DNA of 63,616 nucleotides, filler included, from Chiloscyllium plagiosum (GCF_004010195.1; 5 parts of one record of this genome joined end to end with filler, not necessarily neighbours in it), one strand, 5' to 3'. Shown: positions 24,700 through 37,144, numbered from the whole stretch's first letter. Program-made: numbers and translations. Notes: generated from the letters alone by a model not told the origin.

Positions 24700-26727
24700 A
24701 AACAGTGTCCAAGTCCGAATAACCTACGACAGTGAAAGGAGGACAGACTCCACTTGACACTATTGAAGACAAAGTTCCCCAAAACATGAAGGAATACATT
24801 GAACAACAATTCGACCTCTTGAAAACTTCGACTGAGGTCCATCAGAAGTGTAGAACCTCCACGGGACAATGTTCTCTGGATGATGTGAAACATATTTGGG
24901 GTGAAACCACTCGACTAAAAAATAAAAAGATAGATTCGCTGGTCTCTGTGCGCGATGTGACAAATTAAACAGCGACAAAAGAAAACATCGATAAATCTAA
25001 TCTTGATTGTGAAATTAATAATCTAAAGGAACAACTGAAAGCTGCTCGGGAAATGACAAAATAAAAATTGGCTGAGAAGCGAGAAGCTTCACTCATGAAA
25101 AATCCTCCACCCTCACCCTATCTGAGTACTCCCCTGACTCTGGGATACCCCGAGACGTGGGTAAAGTGCAGGTTCTGGGAAATGGGAGTGAACAATATGG
25201 TCCCAGCTCTAGTGAGTCTGAAGAAGAGGACCAACCATTTAATTTACGGCCTGGTACAGACCAGGGCCCACAAGGAGGGAAACATAAAGGATGATATTAG
25301 AGTCAGCAACATTGGGCGAAAGCGAGGACTGCAGATGTTGGAGATCAGAATCTAGATCAGGGTGGTGCTGGAAAAGCACAGCAGGTCAGGCAGCATCCGA
25401 GGAGTAGCAAAATCGACATTTCGGGCAAAAGCCCTCCATCGTGAATCATTCTGCAGATGCTGGAGATCAGATTCAAGATTAGAGTGGTGCTGGAAAAGCA
25501 CAACAGGTCAGGTAGCATCCGAAGAGCAGGAAGATCGATGTTTCGGGCAAAAGCCCTTCACTGTGGCTCAGTGGTTAACACTGATGCCTTACAGCGCCAG
25601 GAACCTGGATTTGATTCCAGCCTCAAGTGGCTGTCTGTGTGGAGTTTGCACATTCTCCCCCGTGTCTGCGTGGGTTTCCTCCCACAATCCAAAGATGTGC
25701 AGATGAGGTGAACTGGCTGTGCTAAATTGCCCGTAGTGTAGGTTATTAGTCAGAGGGGAATGGATCTGGGCGGGTTACTCTTCAAAGAGTTGGTGTGTAC
25801 TTGTTGGGCCGTTGGGCCTGTTTCCACACAGTAGGGTTTTAATTTAAGTGACTGCTGGACAAACACATGGACGGCAGTAAATTGAGGGGTGTGTAGGTTA
25901 GGTTGATCTTAGATTGAGATAAATGCTTGGCACAACATCGTGGGCTGAAGGGCCTGTACTGTGCTTTTCTAGGTTCAATGTTCTATGACAAAGGTGTCGT
26001 TAAATATGGGCAACTCACAAACCTCCCAATCCCTAACAGGTAGAAACATGCTCCAAAGAGCTGCCTCACCCAAAAAACTGGAGACATGCAAAAGGTTAAA
26101 AATATCCACCCTGTGGATGGACTACAAGGGTTGTCTATCATGGTAGGAGGCAATGCAAGCAGGAAACTGGAGAAGGAACTTAGAGAGGGACTAGGTGACA
26201 ATGGTCAAGACCTTGATGATGAATAGAAAGCTATTAGGGATTGACTGAAGGTTAATGGCCCACCGCTTAAGAGAGGTTGGAGTCAAACCACAGCATCCCA
26301 GCAAAAAAGCAATGAGGAATTATGGGACAACGCAGAAAGGTTTGTGGCCAACTGGATAGAACATTCTGGCCTGGCAGGGGGACACAGACGTGGCAGAGAT
26401 TGGCAGCAGTTGTCTGGCGTCCCTGAAAGCGGCCTTTGTCGCAGGATCAAAACGCGAGCTGGCAAAAACGTTAAAGGTGACGGTCCCCGATTGGGAGACT
26501 AGATTGTGAAATCGTTGAACCGGATGGAAAGGGGTATGGAATCTAAACTTAGAACCACGCAGGCTGTGGTAACAACTTACGGAGTTTCAGCACCTAGACA
26601 CCAGGGTAAATGTCACAACTGTGAGCAAGGTGGACATTGGGCGAAGATCTGTACGGTTAAGAAGATGGCTGCAGGTGGACCAAAGCCTGCACTGAGACAG
26701 GAATCTTATCCATCGGGGACTCTGTGA
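24700..26727 (+). pseudogene. gag: Fragmented gag with nucleocapsid zinc knuckle
   Basis: CHNCEQGGHWAKIC (C-X2-C-X4-H-X4-C) at 26611-26652; upstream broken ORFs; interrupted by PLE, HE1 and CR1 pieces; the 5' boundary is uncertain. Confidence 0.65.
25314..25836. mobile_element. Two tandem PLE terminal units (-) followed by an HE1 SINE (+), inserted in gag
   Basis: CTGCAGATG...TTTCGGGCAAAAGCCCT occurs twice about 120 bp apart; HE1 head from 25561. Confidence 0.75.
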
Positions 26728-27339
26728 CTGAATGGGCCTAATTGGAACACATCGAGGGCATGTCCCCAGGACAGCAGAAGGCACTCCTGGATATATTGTC
26801 TTTTGGACACTGGAATTTTGGAACTGACTTGCTTACCTTTTGATAGACATAATCTGCTCTTTGATGGTGAGCGGCAGACTGCAATCAGAATAGGGGGAAA
26901 AGGAAGACCTGGGAGTGGCTGGTACGGATATGAAGAAAAACAAAACAGAGAGAGAGGGACAGAGAGACCAGGTTTTGATGCTGCGTTCACTGAACTAAGT
27001 GTTAACTCTTTGTGGTCTGGGTTGAATGCACCTTTGTTCATTGGTGGTTAAGTGTTGTCTTGTGTAGTATTTGTGTTTGCGTTTCGAGATCCAGGAACGC
27101 TTTGAACTTGGTTTGTATTTTGGGAAGGCGTGGTGATTTGGTAGTGTGATGTGAGCCTGTATCAATGTGGAACATGTGTGGTTGCATCCTTTTAAGGCAA
27201 CATATGTAGCAGTGTAAAACAACAATCTGCAACAAAATGTTGATTTAAAAATTAGGGCGTAAAGCTTGGTTAAAAAATAAACTCCTTGGATTTGGAAATG
27301 GTCACGTTTGGAATTTCATTTTCTGGCCAGAGTGAATTG

Positions 27340-27727
27340 GATGTTGCCAGAGTTGGAGGATTTGAGCTATAGGGAGAGGCTGAATAAGCTCGGGCTGATT
27401 TCCCTGGACCATTGGAGGCTGAGGGGTGACCTTATAAAGGTTTATAAAATTATGAGGGGCATGGATAGGATAAATAGGCATCCCTGGGGTCGGGGAGTCC
27501 AGAACTAGGGGGCATAGGATTAGGGTGAGAGGGGAAAAATATTAAAGAGACCTAAAGGGCAACTTTTTCACGCAGAGGGTGGTACGTGTATGGAATGAGC
27601 TGCCAGAGAGGGATATGGGCCAAGTGCTGGGAGGTGGGACTAGATTGGGTTGGGATATCTGATCAGCCTGGACGGGTTGGACTGAAGGGTCTGTTTCCAT
27701 GCTGTACATCTCTATGATTCTATGACA
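27340..27727 (+). mobile_element. CR1 3' fragment inside the provirus
   Basis: MLPELEDLSYRERLNKLG...; CTCTATGATTCTATGA tail. Confidence 0.85.
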
Positions 27728-28209
27728 TTAGTGAATCTTTAATTATGGATGATGAAGATTGGCTCGTTGTAAGTGTACTTTGATGTGAAAGTATCCAAGA
27801 AATAGGAAAATTGGCATTTTCAAAATTAGGAAACTGATAGCAAGGAGTTTTATAAAGGAGATGACAATCTAACAAAGGAGGGGGCCTTTCCCTTGTTAGT
27901 TATCACATACTCATTTTCTGTCCAGGAGGAAGAGACACACACGGTCAACATAATTATTCCCAGCAGTTTCACTCCAACCGTTAAACTGCATCTAATTAAT
28001 TCATTCTGCTTGGAGTGGAATGGATGGATAAGTTTTGTTTTTGCAGATAATGGTATGAACTTCTGAAACTGTCTGCAACTTGCAACGTTGCAAAGCAGTG
28101 ACCGTGAGCTGAAGTGAAAGCTGATGTCTCAAAAATGAGAACTGGGGAATTCCGAGTCCATGTGTGATGTTAACGAGCCACCAGTGACTGAACTTGAAGC
28201 TTAAAAATT

Positions 28210-28503
28210 GATTAGATTACATTACAGTGTGGAAACAGGCCCTTCGGCCCAACAAGTCCACACCGACCCACCACCCACCCATACATTTACCCCTTACCTA
28301 ACACTACGGGCAATTTAGCATGGCCAATTCACCTGACCTGCACATCTTTGGACTCTGGGAGGAAACCGGAGCACCCGGAGGAAATCCACACAGACATGGG
28401 GAATGTGCAAACTCCACACAGTCAGTCGCCTGAGGCGGGAATTGAACCCAGGTCTCCGGCGCTGTGAGGCAGCAGTGCTAACCACTGTGCCACCGTGCCG
28501 CCC
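28210..28503 (-). mobile_element. Full-length HE1-type SINE
   Basis: Minus strand GGGCGGCACGGTGGCACAGTGGTTAGCAC...GGGTTCAATTCCC...(TAATC) tail. Confidence 0.9.
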
Positions 28504-28710
28504 AAAGAACCGCTATAATCGCTCACGATGGGCAGGTTGATCGTATGACTTCTTATTGTCGTGATTTTTATTCTGTATTTCTTGTCGACGTTGCTTAACT
28601 GTTGTATTCAGTAAAAGCTGAAGCTTAAAGTTCGGTACTTTACTGCTCTTTAACTCTCTAGGCACCCTATTTATTATTATTAACTTGCGTGATTCTGTGT
28701 AGAAAGAATC

Positions 28711-28723
28711 AAAGGGGGCGGAG
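28711..28723 (+). promoter_or_regulatory. Polypurine tract
   Basis: AAAGGGGGCGGAG one base before the TG start of the 3' LTR. Confidence 0.7.
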
Positions 28724-28824
28724 TTGTGGAGTACACTGAAAATTGTATGATTTAAGCCACAGAGTTAAAAATCTCACAACACCCGGTTACAGCCCAACAG
28801 GTTTATTCGAAAGTACACATTCGA

Positions 28825-29172
28825 AATTGCTAGGCCTTTTCTCATTGGAACGGCGAAGGATGAGGGGTGACTTGATAGAGGTGTATAAGATGATCAGAGG
28901 AATTGATAGAGTAGACAGTCAGAAATTTTTTCCCCGGGTACAACAGAGTGTTACAAGGGGACATAAATTTAAGGTGAAGGGTGGAAGGTATAGGGGAGAT
29001 GTCAGGGGTGGGTTCTTTACCCAGAGAGTGGTGGGGGCATGGAATGCGCTGCCTGTGGGAGTGGTAGAGTCAGAATCTTTGGTGACCTTTAAGCGGCAAT
29101 TGGATAGGTACATGGACGGGTGCTTAAGCTAGGACATATGTTCGGCACAACATCGTGGGCCGAAGGCCCTGT
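28825..29172 (+). mobile_element. CR1 3' end
   Basis: LGLFSLERRRMRGDLIEVYKMIRG...FFTQRVVGAWNALP. Confidence 0.9.
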
Positions 29173-29272
29173 NNNNNNNNNNNNNNNNNNNNNNNNNNNN
29201 NNNNNNNNNNNNNNNNTTAATTAATTAANNNNNNNNNNNNNNNNNNNNNNNNNNNNNNNNNNNNNNNNNNNN
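29173..29272. other. Artificial scaffold spacer (44N-TTAATTAATTAA-44N)
   Basis: 100 bp with a palindromic multi-frame stop linker. Confidence 0.95.
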
Positions 29273-29569
29273 CTTGTCGGACCTGCCCAGCTCCTTTTCC
29301 ACCTATCCACTCCACCCTCTCCTCCCTGACCTATCACCTTCATCTCCTTCCCCACTGACCTATTGTACTCTATGCCACTCTCTCCCCACCCCCACCCTCC
29401 TCTAGCTTATCTCTCCACGCTTCAGGCTCTCTGCCTTTATTCCTGATGAAGGGCTTTTGCCCGAAACGTCGATTTTGCCTGTCCTCGGATGCTGCCTGAA
29501 TTGCTGTGCTCTTCCAGCACCACTGATCCAGAATCTGGTTTCCAGCATCTGCAATCATTGTTTTTACCT
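29273..29569 (+). mobile_element. PLE 3' end with hammerhead core (29443-29470)
   Basis: CTGATGA-AGGGC-TTTT-GCCC-GAAACGTC after a pyrimidine-rich 3' UTR. Confidence 0.8.
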
Positions 29570-30295
29570 TGTACAGTAAATGGTAAGGTGCTGAGGTGTG
29601 TTGTGGAACAGAGGGACCTAGGAGTACAAGTACATAGTTCTTTGAAAGCGGTGTCACAGGTAGACAGAGTGGTGAAGAAGCATTTAGCATGCTGGTCTTC
29701 ATCAGTCGAGGCACTGAGTATAGGAGTTGGGACGTTATGTTGCAGTTGTATAAGTTGCTGGTGAGGCCACACGTGGAGTACCGTGTATAGTTTTAGTCAT
29801 CCTGTTACAGGAGAGGCTTAGGTAAACTGGAAAGAGGGCGAAGAAGACTTACAAGGATGTTGCCAGGACAGGTAGGCCTGAGTTATGGGGAGAGGTTGGC
29901 CAGGATCTGACTTTATTCCTTGGGACGGAGGAGAATGAGGGGTGACCTTATTGAGACGTGTACAATCATGATGGGCATAGATAGGATCTATGTATATAGT
30001 CTTTTTCCCAGGGATGGGAAATTGAAAACGCGAGGGCATAGGTTTAAGGTGAGAGGGGAAAGGTTTAGGAAGGACCTGAGGGGCAACTTCTTTACACAGA
30101 GAGTGATGCGGGTATGGAGTGGGCTGCCAGAGAAAGTGGTTAAGGCAGGTACAATCGCAACATTTAAAAAACATTTGGTTAGGTATGTGGATGGGAAGGG
30201 TTTAGCGGGATATGGACCAAATGCAGGACATTAGGACTAGCTGAGTGGGCACCATGGTCAGCATGGGTCAGTTTGGGCTGAAGGGCCTGTGTCCA
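29570..30295 (+). mobile_element. CR1 ORF2 3' part
   Basis: VNGKVLRCVVEQRDLGVQVHSSLK...FFTQRVMRVWSGLPE. Confidence 0.9.
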
Positions 30296-30500
30296 CTCTT
30301 TGTCTGTCCAACTCTTTGCTCTCTTTAGCCTCTATCCCCACCTATTGCGTGTTCCTTACCCACCCTATCTTCTGCATATAAACCAACAGTTTCCAAGCTA
30401 CCATCTGAGGAAGGGTCACCGGACCCGAAACGTTAACTCTGATTTCTCTCCACAGATGCTGCCAGACCTGCTGAGCTTTTCCAGCAACTTCTGTTTTCAT
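30296..30500 (+). mobile_element. Second PLE-type terminal family with hammerhead core (30405-30434)
   Basis: CTGAGGA-A-GGGTC-ACCG-GACCC-GAAA-CGTT. Confidence 0.7.
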
Positions 30501-31236
30501 TCAGGAGCAGTGATCCCTGTACGGTAAAGGTTAAGATGGGCGCGCTGTTCGATCTCTTCGACCGGTTTTTAAGAGGAACGTGTTACACAGGCATTTGGCT
30601 TCAGAAAATCTTTGTTTTGGAAGTAATATTTTGCAGAAAAAAAACACTTCAGTTTGGCGGTCTACAGGAGGTTGTGTATTTTACAGTAGAGTAATTTAAA
30701 GCCTTTGAACTGCCCTGTCCCAGCCTCAACACCAGCAGGAGATTCTGAGACTGTGGCTTGTCCTGGGAAACATAGTGAGTCCTAAGGCGTAAAACAGGCC
30801 TGAGCAGACAACAAAGTGGGAGCTCTTCAAATTGATGACTATTCTGTTTAGAATGCTGACTGCCTCAGCCAAACTACAACGCAGCACTCAAACCACAAAC
30901 CACAACTAGTCAGCCTTCGCGATTGGAGAGATGACTCATCAGTCAGAGGAAGTTTCAGGAATAACTTGTGAAAAGAGTCACAGGGTCAATGCCGAAACAG
31001 GCCCTTTGACCCATTGCGTCCAGGCTGGTCTAAAGCAAACAACTGACAATTTCTAATCCCATTTTTCAGCACATGGTCCATAGTCTTGTACACCTTAGCA
31101 TCATCCGAACACTTCATAGAATCCCTACGTTGTGGAAATAAGCCATTCAGCCCATCAAGTCCACACTGACCCTCTGAAGAGCATCGCAACCCCCTTCACT
31201 AACCTATCCCTGTAACCCTGTATTTCCCATGGCTAA

Positions 31237-31446
31237 GCTGAAAATGTGTTGCTGGAAAAGCGCAGCAGGTCAGGCAGCATCCATGCAGCAGGAGCATCGA
31301 TGTTTCGGGCATGAGCCCTTCTTCAGGAAGGGCTCATGCCCGAAACGTCGATTCTCCTGCTCCTTGGATGCTGCCTGACCTGCTGCGCTTTTCCAGCAAC
31401 ACATTTTCAGCTCTGATCTCCAGCATCTGCAGTCCTCACTTTCTCC
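31237..31446. mobile_element. Fold-back PLE-derived element inserted in an HE1 SINE
   Basis: Inverted arms centred near 31325; direct repeat TTTCCCATGGCTAA at 31223-31236 and 31447-31460. Confidence 0.8.
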
Positions 31447-31517
31447 TTTCCCATGGCTAACCCACGTAGCCTGCACATCCCTGGACATTACGGGGCAATT
31501 TCCCATGGCCACTTCCT

Positions 31518-31806
31518 TGGGCGGCATGGTGACTCAGTGGTTAGCACTGCTGCCTCACAACTCCCAGGTTCGATTCTAGCCTCGGGTGACTGTCTGTGTG
31601 GAGTTTGCACATTCTCCCTGTGTCTGCATGGGTTTCCTCCCACAGTCACAAAGATGTGCAGGTTAGGGTGGATTGGCCATGCTAAATTGTCCATAGTATT
31701 AGGTGCATTAGTCAGAGAGAAATGGGTCTGGGTGGGTTACTCTTGGGAGGGTTGGTGTGGACTTGTTGGGCTGAAGGGTCTGTTCCACACTGTAAGGAAT
31801 CTAATC
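31518..31806 (+). mobile_element. HE1-type SINE
   Basis: tRNA-like head, HE1 body and TAATC tail. Confidence 0.85.
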
Positions 31807-32152
31807 AATCCACCCTGACCTGCACATCTTTGGTCTGTGGGAGGAAACCCGAGGCACCCGGAGGAAACCCACAGCCTGAATGTGACACAGACATTCGCCT
31901 TGAGGGTGGAATCACACCCCAGTCCTTGGCTCTGTTAACCACTGAGCCACCGTGCCACCCATCTTAAATGCCCACTTCTTAAATGTTTTGATAGTTTCTG
32001 CCTGGACTACGCTTACAGACAGCAAGTTCTAGACTTCCGCCATCCTCTGCGTGAAACAATAATTTTTGAGAAGTTGACTTTGCTGGTGATAATGGCAGCT
32101 GTGAAACATGATGGTAAAAGCAATTGTTGGACATGGCTCATGATTTCATAAA

Positions 32153-33321
32153 TTCATAAGACATAGGAGCAGAATTAGGCCATTCGGCCCATCGAGTCTG
32201 CTCCACAATTTGATCATGGCTGATATGTTTCTCAACCCCATTTTCCCTGTATCCCTTCAACCCATTACCAATTAACAATCTGTCTAACTCCTCCTTAAAC
32301 TTACTCACTGTCTCAGCATCAGCCGCACTCTGAGGGAGTGAATTCCACAGATTCACAATCCTTTGGGAGAAGTAGTTTCTCCATAACCCTGTTTTAAATT
32401 TGCTGCCCCTTACCCTACCACTATGGCTTCTTGACCCAGAATGCCCCACAAGAGCAAGCATCCGCTCCATGTCTACTTTATCCTCACCTTTTATCATCTT
32501 GAATACCTCAAGTTGATCTCCCCTCATTCCAGAGAGTATAGGCCTAAACTGTTCAATCTCTCTTCATACGACAATCTCCTCATCTCTGGGAGCAATCTAG
32601 TGAACCTCTTCTGAATTGCCTCCAATCCTCTTACACCTTTCCTCAAATAAGGATCCAAAACTGTGCACAATACTCCAGGTGTGGTCTTCCCCTGCAAAGA
32701 TAAAGGACAGCATGCTGTGTGTTTGTGAGGGCAAATTCCTTGACTCATAGGGTCATTAATCCTTTCAATGTTCCAAGCCGAAGAGAATGGAATCTGAATT
32801 AGAATGAGTTGTCAAGGCTGACTGAGACAGAAATTTGATCAACAAGAGTCATAGAGATGTACAGCACGGAAACAAACCCTTCGGTCTAACCTGTCCATGC
32901 CTATCAGATATCCTAACCTAATCTAGTCCCATTTGCCAGCACCCAGCCCATATCCCTTCCTATTCATATACCAATTCAAATGCCTCTTAAATGTTGCAAT
33001 TGTACCAGCCTCCACCACATCCTCTGGCAGCTCATTCCATACACGTACCACCCTCTGCGTGAAAACGTTGCCCCTTAGTCTCTTTTATGTCTTTCCCCTC
33101 TTACCCTAGACCTATGCCCTCTAGTTCTGGACACCACCACCCCAGGGAAAAGACCTTGTCTATTTACCCTAATCGTGCCCCTCATGATTTTATGAACCGC
33201 TTTAAGGTCACCCCTCAGCCTCCGACGCTCCAGGGAAAACAGCCCCAGCCTATCCAACCTCTCCCTACAGCTCAAATCCTCCAACCCTGGCAACATCCTT
33301 GTAAATCTTTTCTGAACCCTT
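32153..33321 (-). mobile_element. Two CR1 3' fragments (about 32153-32690 and about 32846-33321)
   Basis: MRGDQLEVFKMIKG...VNLWNSLPQ; RVQKRFTRMLPGLEDLS. Confidence 0.85.
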
Positions 33322-34199
33322 NNNNNNNNNNNNNNNNNNNNNNNNNNNNNNNNNNNNNNNNNNNNNNNNNNNNNNNNNNNNNNNNNNNNNNNNNNNNNNN
33401 NNNNNNNNNNNNNNNNNNNNNNNNNNNNNNNNNNNNNNNNNNNNNNNNNNNNNNNNNNNNNNNNNNNNNNNNNNNNNNNNNNNNNNNNNNNNNNNNNNNN
33501 NNNNNNNNNNNNNNNNNNNNNNNNNNNNNNNNNNNNNNNNNNNNNNNNNNNNNNNNNNNNNNNNNNNNNNNNNNNNNNNNNNNNNNNNNNNNNNNNNNNN
33601 NNNNNNNNNNNNNNNNNNNNNNNNNNNNNNNNNNNNNNNNNNNNNNNNNNNNNNNNNNNNNNNNNNNNNNNNNNNNNNNNNNNNNNNNNNNNNNNNNNNN
33701 NNNNNNNNNNNNNNNNNNNNNNNNNNNNNNNNNNNNNNNNNNNNNNNNNNNNNNNNNNNNNNNNNNNNNNNNNNNNNNNNNNNNNNNNNNNNNNNNNNNN
33801 NNNNNNNNNNNNNNNNNNNNNNNNNNNNNNNNNNNNNNNNNNNNNNNNNNNNNNNNNNNNNNNNNNNNNNNNNNNNNNNNNNNNNNNNNNNNNNNNNNNN
33901 NNNNNNNNNNNNNNNNNNNNNNNNNNNNNNNNNNNNNNNNNNNNNNNNNNNNNNNNNNNNNNNNNNNNNNNNNNNNNNNNNNNNNNNNNNNNNNNNNNNN
34001 NCCCTTTTTTTTCCCTCTGCACCATCAATCTATATTCTTCTGTAGGCCAAAGCACCAACATTCTCATGCACAAACTCTGCATGGGTGACCTTTTCAAATG
34101 AAAATACCAGTTTAAAAAAAGCAATACCTGGAAATTAATGTACTGTGCATACAACAGTTCCATTTTGAAACGTACAAGATGAGTTGGACCAATATTCAA

Positions 34200-35270
34200 C
34201 CAGAATCACGGGTAAGAATCTAAAGATAAGAGGTAAGGTATTGAGGACTGAAGAGGAGACATTTCTTCATCCAGAGAGCGGTGAGTCTGTGGGATCCATT
34301 CCCACAGGAAGGAGTTGATGCCGAAACATTGAATGTATCAACAGGCAGCTGGATACAGCACTTGGGGGGAATGGGACCTAAGGTTCTGAGGAGAAAGGAG
34401 GATTAGACTATTGAGTTGGATGGTCAGCCATGATGGTGATGAATGGCGGGCCAGGCTCGAAGGGATGATTGGCCTCCTCCTGCTCCTATCCTCTCAATTT
34501 CAATGGCCTTCATAGCTAACGGCCTGGAGTATAAGGATGCAGACATTATGCTGCAGTTTTACAAACCTCTAGTTGGACTCCTGGTAGAGGCGTCACACCT
34601 TAGGAAAACGATTATGGCCTTTCACAGGCTCAGGAAGGACGAGACCTGGACTTCAGGGGTTACGTTTCGAGGAGAGATTATACAAATGCTGTCTGTTTTC
34701 TTCAGTGTTTAGAAGGTTAAGGGGTGATCTGATTGAAGTATCCAGGATGTTGCTGAAAATGTGTTGCTGGAAAAGCGCAGCAGGTCAGGCAGCATCCACG
34801 GAACAGGAGAATCGACGTTTCGGGCATAAGCCCTTCTTCAGGAAGCCCTTTTCCAGCAACACATTTTCAGCTCTGATCTCCAGCATCTGCAGTCCTCACT
34901 TTCTCCTCAAAGTATCCAGGATGTTAACAGGGAAAGACAGGGTAGGTAAAGGCAAACTATTTCCACTGTTTGGGGATTCTAAAACTACGGGCATAGTCTG
35001 CGAATTAGGGCCAGACCGTTCAGGGAGAGATGGCAGGAAGCACTTCGACACACAGTGGGAGAGATTTGGAACTCTCTTCCGCAAACTGCAGTGGATGCTG
35101 GAGCAGTAGTTTATTTTAAATCTGAGAGAAATACATTTTCTCATTAAACAAAGGGTATGAGGGATATAGGCCCAAGGTCTATGTGGGTTTAGGGCGATAG
35201 ATCTGCCATGATCTTATTGAATGATGCAGCAAGCTTGAGGGGCTGAATGGCCTCCTCCTGTTTCTGGAAC
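34200..35270 (+). mobile_element. Degraded CR1 fragments
   Basis: RRLRGDLIEV..., GLEYKD...LQFYKPLV and CR1-type 3' UTRs. Confidence 0.7.
34752..34909. mobile_element. Partly fold-back PLE-derived element (hammerhead core 34814-34841, -)
   Basis: Direct repeat AAGTATCCAGGATGTT at 34736-34751 and 34910-34925. Confidence 0.8.
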
Positions 35271-35369
35271 GTGACCTCGTTTAGGTCCAGAAACAAGTGC
35301 AGGAATTCACTTTCAACTTGACCTTATTGCAACCAAACCGGGGGTTAAGGAAGTCTTCAGTCAAACATT

Positions 35370-35610
35370 ATGGTGCTGGGAAAGCACAGCTGGTCAGGCA
35401 GCATCCAAGGAGCAGGACAGTCAACGTTTCAAACATAAGCTCTTCATCAGGAATTCCTGAATTCTTGGGATCCCTCCACATTCCCGATGAAGGACCTATA
35501 CCGGAAACGTCAATTCTCCTGCTCCACGGATGCTGCCTGACCTGCTGTGCTTTTCCAGCACCACACTCTCCAATCTGATCTCCAGCATCTGCAGTCCTCA
35601 CATTCTCCCC
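35370..35610. mobile_element. Fold-back PLE-derived element with degenerate hammerhead cores
   Basis: Inverted arms GGTGCTGGGAAAGCACAGC.../...GCTGTGCTTTTCCAGCACC. Confidence 0.7.
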
Positions 35611-35663
35611 GAGGGGGTAAGGAAGAGGAGCTATTGCATTGATCCTCACCCAGGGGGCTCAGT

Positions 35664-35982
35664 GGCTTGGGATAATGTACCTGGGGTCTGGGATGGATTG
35701 GGGGGTAATGTGCCTGGGGTCTGGGATGGATTGAGAGTAACGTGTTGGGTCTGGGATGAATTGGGGTGTAATATGTCTGGGGTCTAGGATGGATTGGGGG
35801 TAACATGTTGAGGTTGGGATGGATTGGAGGGTAATGTGTTGGGTCTGGGATGGATTGGGGGTAACGTGTTGGGTCTGGGATGAATTGGGGTGCAACGCGT
35901 TTGGTCTGGAATGAATTGCGGGTAACGTGTTGGGTATGGGATGGATTGGGGGTAATGTGTTTGGGTCTGGGATGGATTGGGG
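35664..35982 (+). repeat. G-rich 30-33 bp minisatellite
   Basis: Unit approx. GGGTCTGGGATGGATTGGGGGTAACGTGTT, about 10 copies, running into the spacer. Confidence 0.85.
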
Positions 35983-36082
35983 NNNNNNNNNNNNNNNNNN
36001 NNNNNNNNNNNNNNNNNNNNNNNNNNTTAATTAATTAANNNNNNNNNNNNNNNNNNNNNNNNNNNNNNNNNNNNNNNNNNNN
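35983..36082. other. Artificial scaffold spacer
   Basis: 44N-TTAATTAATTAA-44N. Confidence 0.95.
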
Positions 36083-36260
36083 CCACCCTCCTCTAGCTTA
36101 TCTCTCCACGCTCCAGGCTCACTGCCTTTATTCCTGATGAAGGGCTTTTGCCCGAAACGTTGATTTCGAAGCTCCTTGGATGCTGCCTGAACTGCTGTGC
36201 TCTTCCAGCACCACTGATCCAGAATCTGGTTTCCAGCATCTGCAGTCATTGTTTTTACCT
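36083..36260 (+). mobile_element. PLE 3' end with hammerhead core (36134-36161)
   Basis: CTGATGA-AGGGC-TTTT-GCCC-GAAACGTT; closely similar to 29390-29569. Confidence 0.8.
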
Positions 36261-37144
36261 CGTTAGATGCATTAGTTGTGGGTTAATATAGGGGAATAGG
36301 TCTGGGTCGGTCGCTCTTTGGAGGGTAGGTGTGGATTTGTTGGGCTGAAGGGCCTATTTCCACATTGTAGGGAATCTAATCTAATCTAATATTAGTAGGA
36401 GAGTTGTCATTCCACTGGTTGGGCATTCTAGAGCGAGAGGCATAGTCTAAGGATCGAGGCCAAACCGTTCAGGAGAGACGTTAGGAAGCTTTTCTCTACA
36501 CAAAGGGTGATAGAATTTTGGGACTCTCTTCCACAAATGGCAATGGATGCAGTATCAGTCGTAACTTTGAATCTGGAATGGATAATGTTTTGTTCAGCAA
36601 AGGTATTAAAGGCAGATATATGGAGTTAGGCCGCAGATCATCCACAATCTCAATGAATGGTGGAACAGGCTCAAGGGGCTGAATGGCCTACTCCTATGTT
36701 ATACAAGACATCAGTGAGACCACATTAGGAGGAACCTGTCCCCTTGTAAAATCCAACAGGATTCGGGCCAGTCTAACATGTATCTGGTCTGCAGCTCTCT
36801 TTATTAAAACCAATCATGGAACATAGGCATCACTGGCTCGGCCAGCATCCCCAGTTGCCCCTCAAGAGTGTGGGGGTGAGCTGCCTTCTCGAATTGCTGT
36901 ACTGTAGGTTGACCCACAAGGAGGGAGTTCCAGCAACTTCCTTACTCCATATTCTACATTCAAAGCATTGCCCAAGGCTGTAATCTCCTTTCAGATCACC
37001 CACCTCCCTGTTACTATGACAGTATGCTGCTTATTCTCCAAGGAGTTCAGTGTTACTGGTAGTTGACGCGCCTTATTAATATTGAAAACTAATCAAATTG
37101 CACACTTTTAACTGATGGTTTCTAAATCTTTCTGTTTTATACAG

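Larger units (their letters stand above)
24096..28762 (+). mobile_element. Degraded LTR retroelement / endogenous retrovirus, gag-only internal region
   Basis: 5' LTR start TGTGGAGCATATTAAAACTTGT (24096) matches 3' LTR start TGTGGAGTACACTGAAAATTGT (28725); PBS at 24428; CCHC knuckle at 26611; PPT at 28711. Confidence 0.8.
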
